From contig NIVC01000304.1 in assembly GCA_002269645.1 (NCBI GenBank), positions 1 to 64,000 of the forward strand: a stretch of DNA of 64,000 bases, given 5' to 3'. Source of the DNA: Macrostomum lignano. Taxonomy: Eukaryota. The notes under the pieces are model-generated. The model worked only from the letters and a program-made list of their open reading frames with translations, had not been told where the DNA came from and did no database searches. Position numbers and translations under genes: made by a program. This document shows positions 60,326 to 64,000 of this stretch, in pieces (position 1 is the first letter of the stretch; the number at the start of each line of letters is the position of its first letter).

Positions 60326-61227
60326 TGGCCAAATCACGCCGGAAACAAGTGCATTTTTAGCAGGTGTCACGCTCTTGTCTCTATTGCCGTCGTAATACTG
60401 GAAACAGGTGGAAGTGTTAAAGAATTCAGTCTACTTATCACACAGAAAAAAGTATTCCGGAAATGTAGTGGTAATTTCTTAACTAAACAGTGTATTTACA
60501 ATAGTATTATGCAAAACAAATGAATTACTTTGATGTTAGAATTAGTCAATTTTTTGGTATTGGTTTCGGTTAGTGATTAAGTGAATTGGATTGATATGAA
60601 CTAATTGGATAGTGTGGAATTCGTTTTTAATCATATATAAAACATCTGAAATAAAGATTGATGAAATATGATGCGGCAACTAAGGTATATATATACAGCT
60701 TTGTATATATACCTTTGTACTCAAATGTGCATGGAATGTAGGGTATATCGATAGTGAAATACCTATTGGAATATAGGAGTTTTATATGAGTATACAAAAA
60801 ATTGTAGATTTTTTAGACTGACATCTTTTAATAAAGCTGCATGTTACTCTATCATATGCACACATATTTTTATTATGTAGCTATTATTAGCGAAAATAAA
60901 GCTTGTCAGCCTAAAATAACCTCAACGTTATGTGCCAAATTTTAGAAGTTGGTATGATATGAAGGGCTTTCTTAATTTAATTTCGAAATACCAGTGCGTT
61001 CAAAATGGCAAGTTAAAAGTTTCAAATTGACGCCAATTTATACCAAGAGAATTTGGACAATATTTTTGCTGAATATTGAGTAATTAAATTTTCAAATAAT
61101 ACTCGCTTTAGTTAGCAAAATCAATCCCTAATTATTGTTAATTTTGGCGCCAATTTAAAATCGAATAAAAAATAAAATGATTCGTTTAGTCTCGGTGCTG
61201 TGCCAGCCGGCCTCCGCTGCTGCTCGA

Positions 61228-61803
61228 TCACTTGACGCCGATAACTCCGCAGGCCATCCGGGCTCCGGCATTTCCGGTAGTCTTTGACGACGGATGGCCG
61301 CCTCGTCCGAGATCGTCCACGCCGGCGTGGATGACGATGGACCGGCCGAGTACCGACTCGGTGTTGACCAGCGAGGCCACGCTGTCGGTGATGCTGACCC
61401 TGGTCACTCCGTCCGATCCGCCGACAATGTTGCCAAAGTCTCCGACGTGTCGGTCGGAGTCGGTGGGCGCGCCGTGGTCCTTGCCGTAGGGATTGTAGTG
61501 GCCGAGGGCGCCGCCGCAGCCGGTGCTGAGGTCGCCGGACTCGTGGATGTGGAATCCGTACTGCTGGCTGGCGTTCAGGCCGGTCACATTGCCGCTGATG
61601 ACCAGGTTGGCTCCTGACTGCTCCAGCGAGATCATCCCGAAGACGTTGTAGCCGCTGCCGTGAGGGGTGAGGTAGGCCACGGCCGACCTGGTTGCGGCGT
61701 GGCAGGACTTCGCGCCGGAGCTGCCGCAGGCCTGGACGCCGCAGCAGCAGCAGTAGCACAGCAGCAGGGCAGCGGTCAGCAAGACCAGCTTGAACAGTTT
61801 CAT
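61228..61803 (-). CDS. SOD3: Secreted (extracellular) Cu/Zn superoxide dismutase, intronless, 191 aa
   Basis: Signal peptide MKLFKLVLLTAALLLC; all metal ligands present (FHIH, GHYNP, DHG, RHVGD, VIHAG), disulfide Cys pair and the catalytic Arg in GARMACG. Confidence 0.93.
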   Translation of the reverse strand: MKLFKLVLLTAALLLCYCCCCGVQACGSSGAKSCHAATRSAVAYLTPHGSGYNVFGMISLEQSGANLVISGNVTGLNASQQYGFHIHESGDLSTGCGGALGHYNPYGKDHGAPTDSDRHVGDFGNIVGGSDGVTRVSITDSVASLVNTESVLGRSIVIHAGVDDLGRGGHPSSKTTGNAGARMACGVIGVK

Positions 61804-63324
61804 TTTTGTTAAAATTTTATCGGCTGCTATTTTACAGAGCGCTGACTCGTAGTTTAACAGCTTGTTGTGTCAAGGTGTGTCTTATTCGAGTGCTCTTTTA
61901 AATAGCAATATTTTATAGCGATTCCTAGCCTAAAGCCCCCTTCCAGTTTGATAACCTGCCCCCTTCTGCCTGCGATGCACGGGTGCTGTACGGGCTTATC
62001 GATCCAAGCCAAGCCCGGCAGCGGGACACCCCTGCCCCCCGCTGAGAATAAGTCTAATTTAACGTTGTACACTCATTTGCTCCCCTCCACCACCCCTACT
62101 TTTATAGCCCAACTCCCCCCTGTCCAAGGTTGAAACATTTCATCCCGAGCCGCGCAAAGCGAATGTACTTTCACTATAAATAAGGGTAGATAGCTAAAAG
62201 AAGGAGAGTCCTGTGAAAGTCAAACACGGGGGTGTACGTGAACAGTTCGGTAATTTATGGTGGCAAGGCGCTCATTAGAGCAGGTTTGCTGGCCCCTGGG
62301 TGACCTTGCTTGTAAATTAAGAAAGTGGCCTAATTCTGCGCTGCTGGACCCACCTGCTTGCTGAATTAGTCAATGCTTACTTAATTATAAGCATTGTGTG
62401 CAAGTTAAATGTGAAAATTCAGAATAATTATCTGGCCTTGTCTTCAGTATCGGTTTATCTGGAAAGCTTAACTGAATTTAAATTATTAGATGGCTCACAT
62501 GTAAAAGCCCTCTCTGTATGCATGTGTCTAGCCTCCATTTACTAAACTAATCAAATCAAAATCAAAAGATTTTGAAGCACAGATTGAGGCATGAGCATAT
62601 AGTCTGAGCACAGATTGAACTTAGTCGGAGCATGACTTTGCTTGACTTAGCTGCAAGGTTCCGCGGGCATCCGGATGCTAATGCAGCGGGGAGGCGTCGC
62701 CATAGTCGGAGCATAGATTGAGCATAGTCTGAGCACAGATTGAGCATAGTCGAAGCATAGAATGAGCACATTCCGCATATCAGTCATGTATACGAGTACA
62801 TTAAGCATGCAATTTGGATCACAGGCTGACTATCTATATAGAGGGCATAAATTAATAATTGAGCATAGATAGTTAAGTAGCACAAAAATCGCTGTATATA
62901 TAATAAACTCTACATGCCAAAGGCAAAGCTGTCGAACCTCTGTATTTCCATATAGACTGGTGAAATGTAACAATTACAGAGTGGTGACTAAATTAACAAA
63001 ATAATAGCTGGTGGAAAAATCAAAGCCGGACAAAACATTCTAGGAAGCGTTGTTGATTTTCCAAGAAGTAAGTAACGACTTTTCGACTATTCGACCTGTG
63101 CTTAGCAGAAAACTGAAAAAAGACAGTATAAAAACGTACAAAATCGAGAAGAGATTTTTGGAGCACAGCTAATCCCTAGATTCGAGCTAAAATAGGTCAC
63201 GAAAAATTGTGACACTCAGCAGCTATAGTTTTAAAGTAGTTATAAAAGTAGCAGAAAGTTAAAATTAATAAAAATTCACAGCAGTTTTAAATACAAGTAT
63301 CTAAATAAATAGTTTTAAACTAGC

Positions 63325-63995
63325 TCCCACGGACCCTTCAGTGGGCAGCCTCTACCCCCATCCCCACAGACCCTTCAGTGGGCAGCCTCTACCCCCATCC
63401 CCCACAGACCCTTCAGTGGGCAGCCTCTACCCCCATCCCCCACAGACCCTTCAGTGGGCAGCCTCTACCCCCATCCCCACAGACCCTTCAGTGGGCAGCC
63501 TCTACCCCCACCCCCCCACAGACCCTTCAGTGGGCAGCCTCTACCCCCTTCCCACAGACCCTTCAGTGGGCAGCCTCTACCCCCACCCCCCACAGACCCT
63601 TCAGTGGGCAGCCTCTACCCCCACCCCCCCCCACAGACCCTTCAGTGGGCAGCCTCTACCCCCATCCCCACAGACCCTTCAGTGGGCAGCCTCTACCCCC
63701 ATCCCCACAGACCCTTCAGTGGGCAGCCTCTACCCCCACCCCCCTCACAGACCCTTCAGTGGGCAGCCTCTACCCCCTTCCCACAGACCCTTCAGTGGGC
63801 AGCCTCTACCCCCACCCCCCACAGACCCTTCAGTGGGCAGCCTCTACCCCCACTCCCCCCACAGACCCTTCAGTGGGCAGCCTCTACCCCCACCCCCACA
63901 GACCCTTCAGTGGGCAGCCTCTACCCCCATCCCCCACAGACCCTTCAGTGGCAGCGTCTACCCCACCCTCACAGACCCTTCAGTGGGCAGCCTGC
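63325..63995. repeat. About 37-bp minisatellite, about 18 copies, with variable C-runs
   Basis: Unit acagacccttcagtgggcagcctctacccccatcccc. Confidence 0.96.
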
Positions 63996-64000
63996 GAGTG

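Noticed and set aside
59635-60523. ORFs of 207-251 aa in three frames
   Set aside because: Stop-free 32/33-bp minisatellite, not a plausible gene

Overview
Eukaryotic, metazoan genomic DNA with spliceosomal GT-AG introns. The GC-rich codons and heavy load of intronic minisatellites resemble the flatworm Macrostomum, but that is an inference and not proven. Genes, left to right: (1) last coding exon of a voltage-gated K+ channel (+); (2) complete 8-exon SLC6 amino-acid-type transporter (-, 618 aa); (3) intronless SLC15/POT-like transporter (-); (4) 3-exon RWD + RING-H2 ligase, RNF25-like (+); (5, 6) two about 99.6% identical ZMIZ (SP-RING) coding exons 10.3 kb apart (+); (7) 2-exon SPRYD7 (+); (8) an 8-exon, about 1,330-aa single-pass membrane protein with two tandem, catalytically dead cholinesterase-like domains (+); (9) a secreted Cu/Zn SOD (-). 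About 11 kb (about 18%) is minisatellite. Mobile elements include RTE and other LINE fragments, two mariner relics, hAT/P-like and Harbinger MITEs and a probable solo LTR, several nested with intact target-site duplications (TSDs). Most interesting: the double pseudo-cholinesterase surface protein; minisatellites whose units are repeated splice sites; three sharply bounded CpG-erased domains, each ending at a splice acceptor of a + strand gene; and apparent gene conversion between the ZMIZ copies. All counts and alignments were done by eye.
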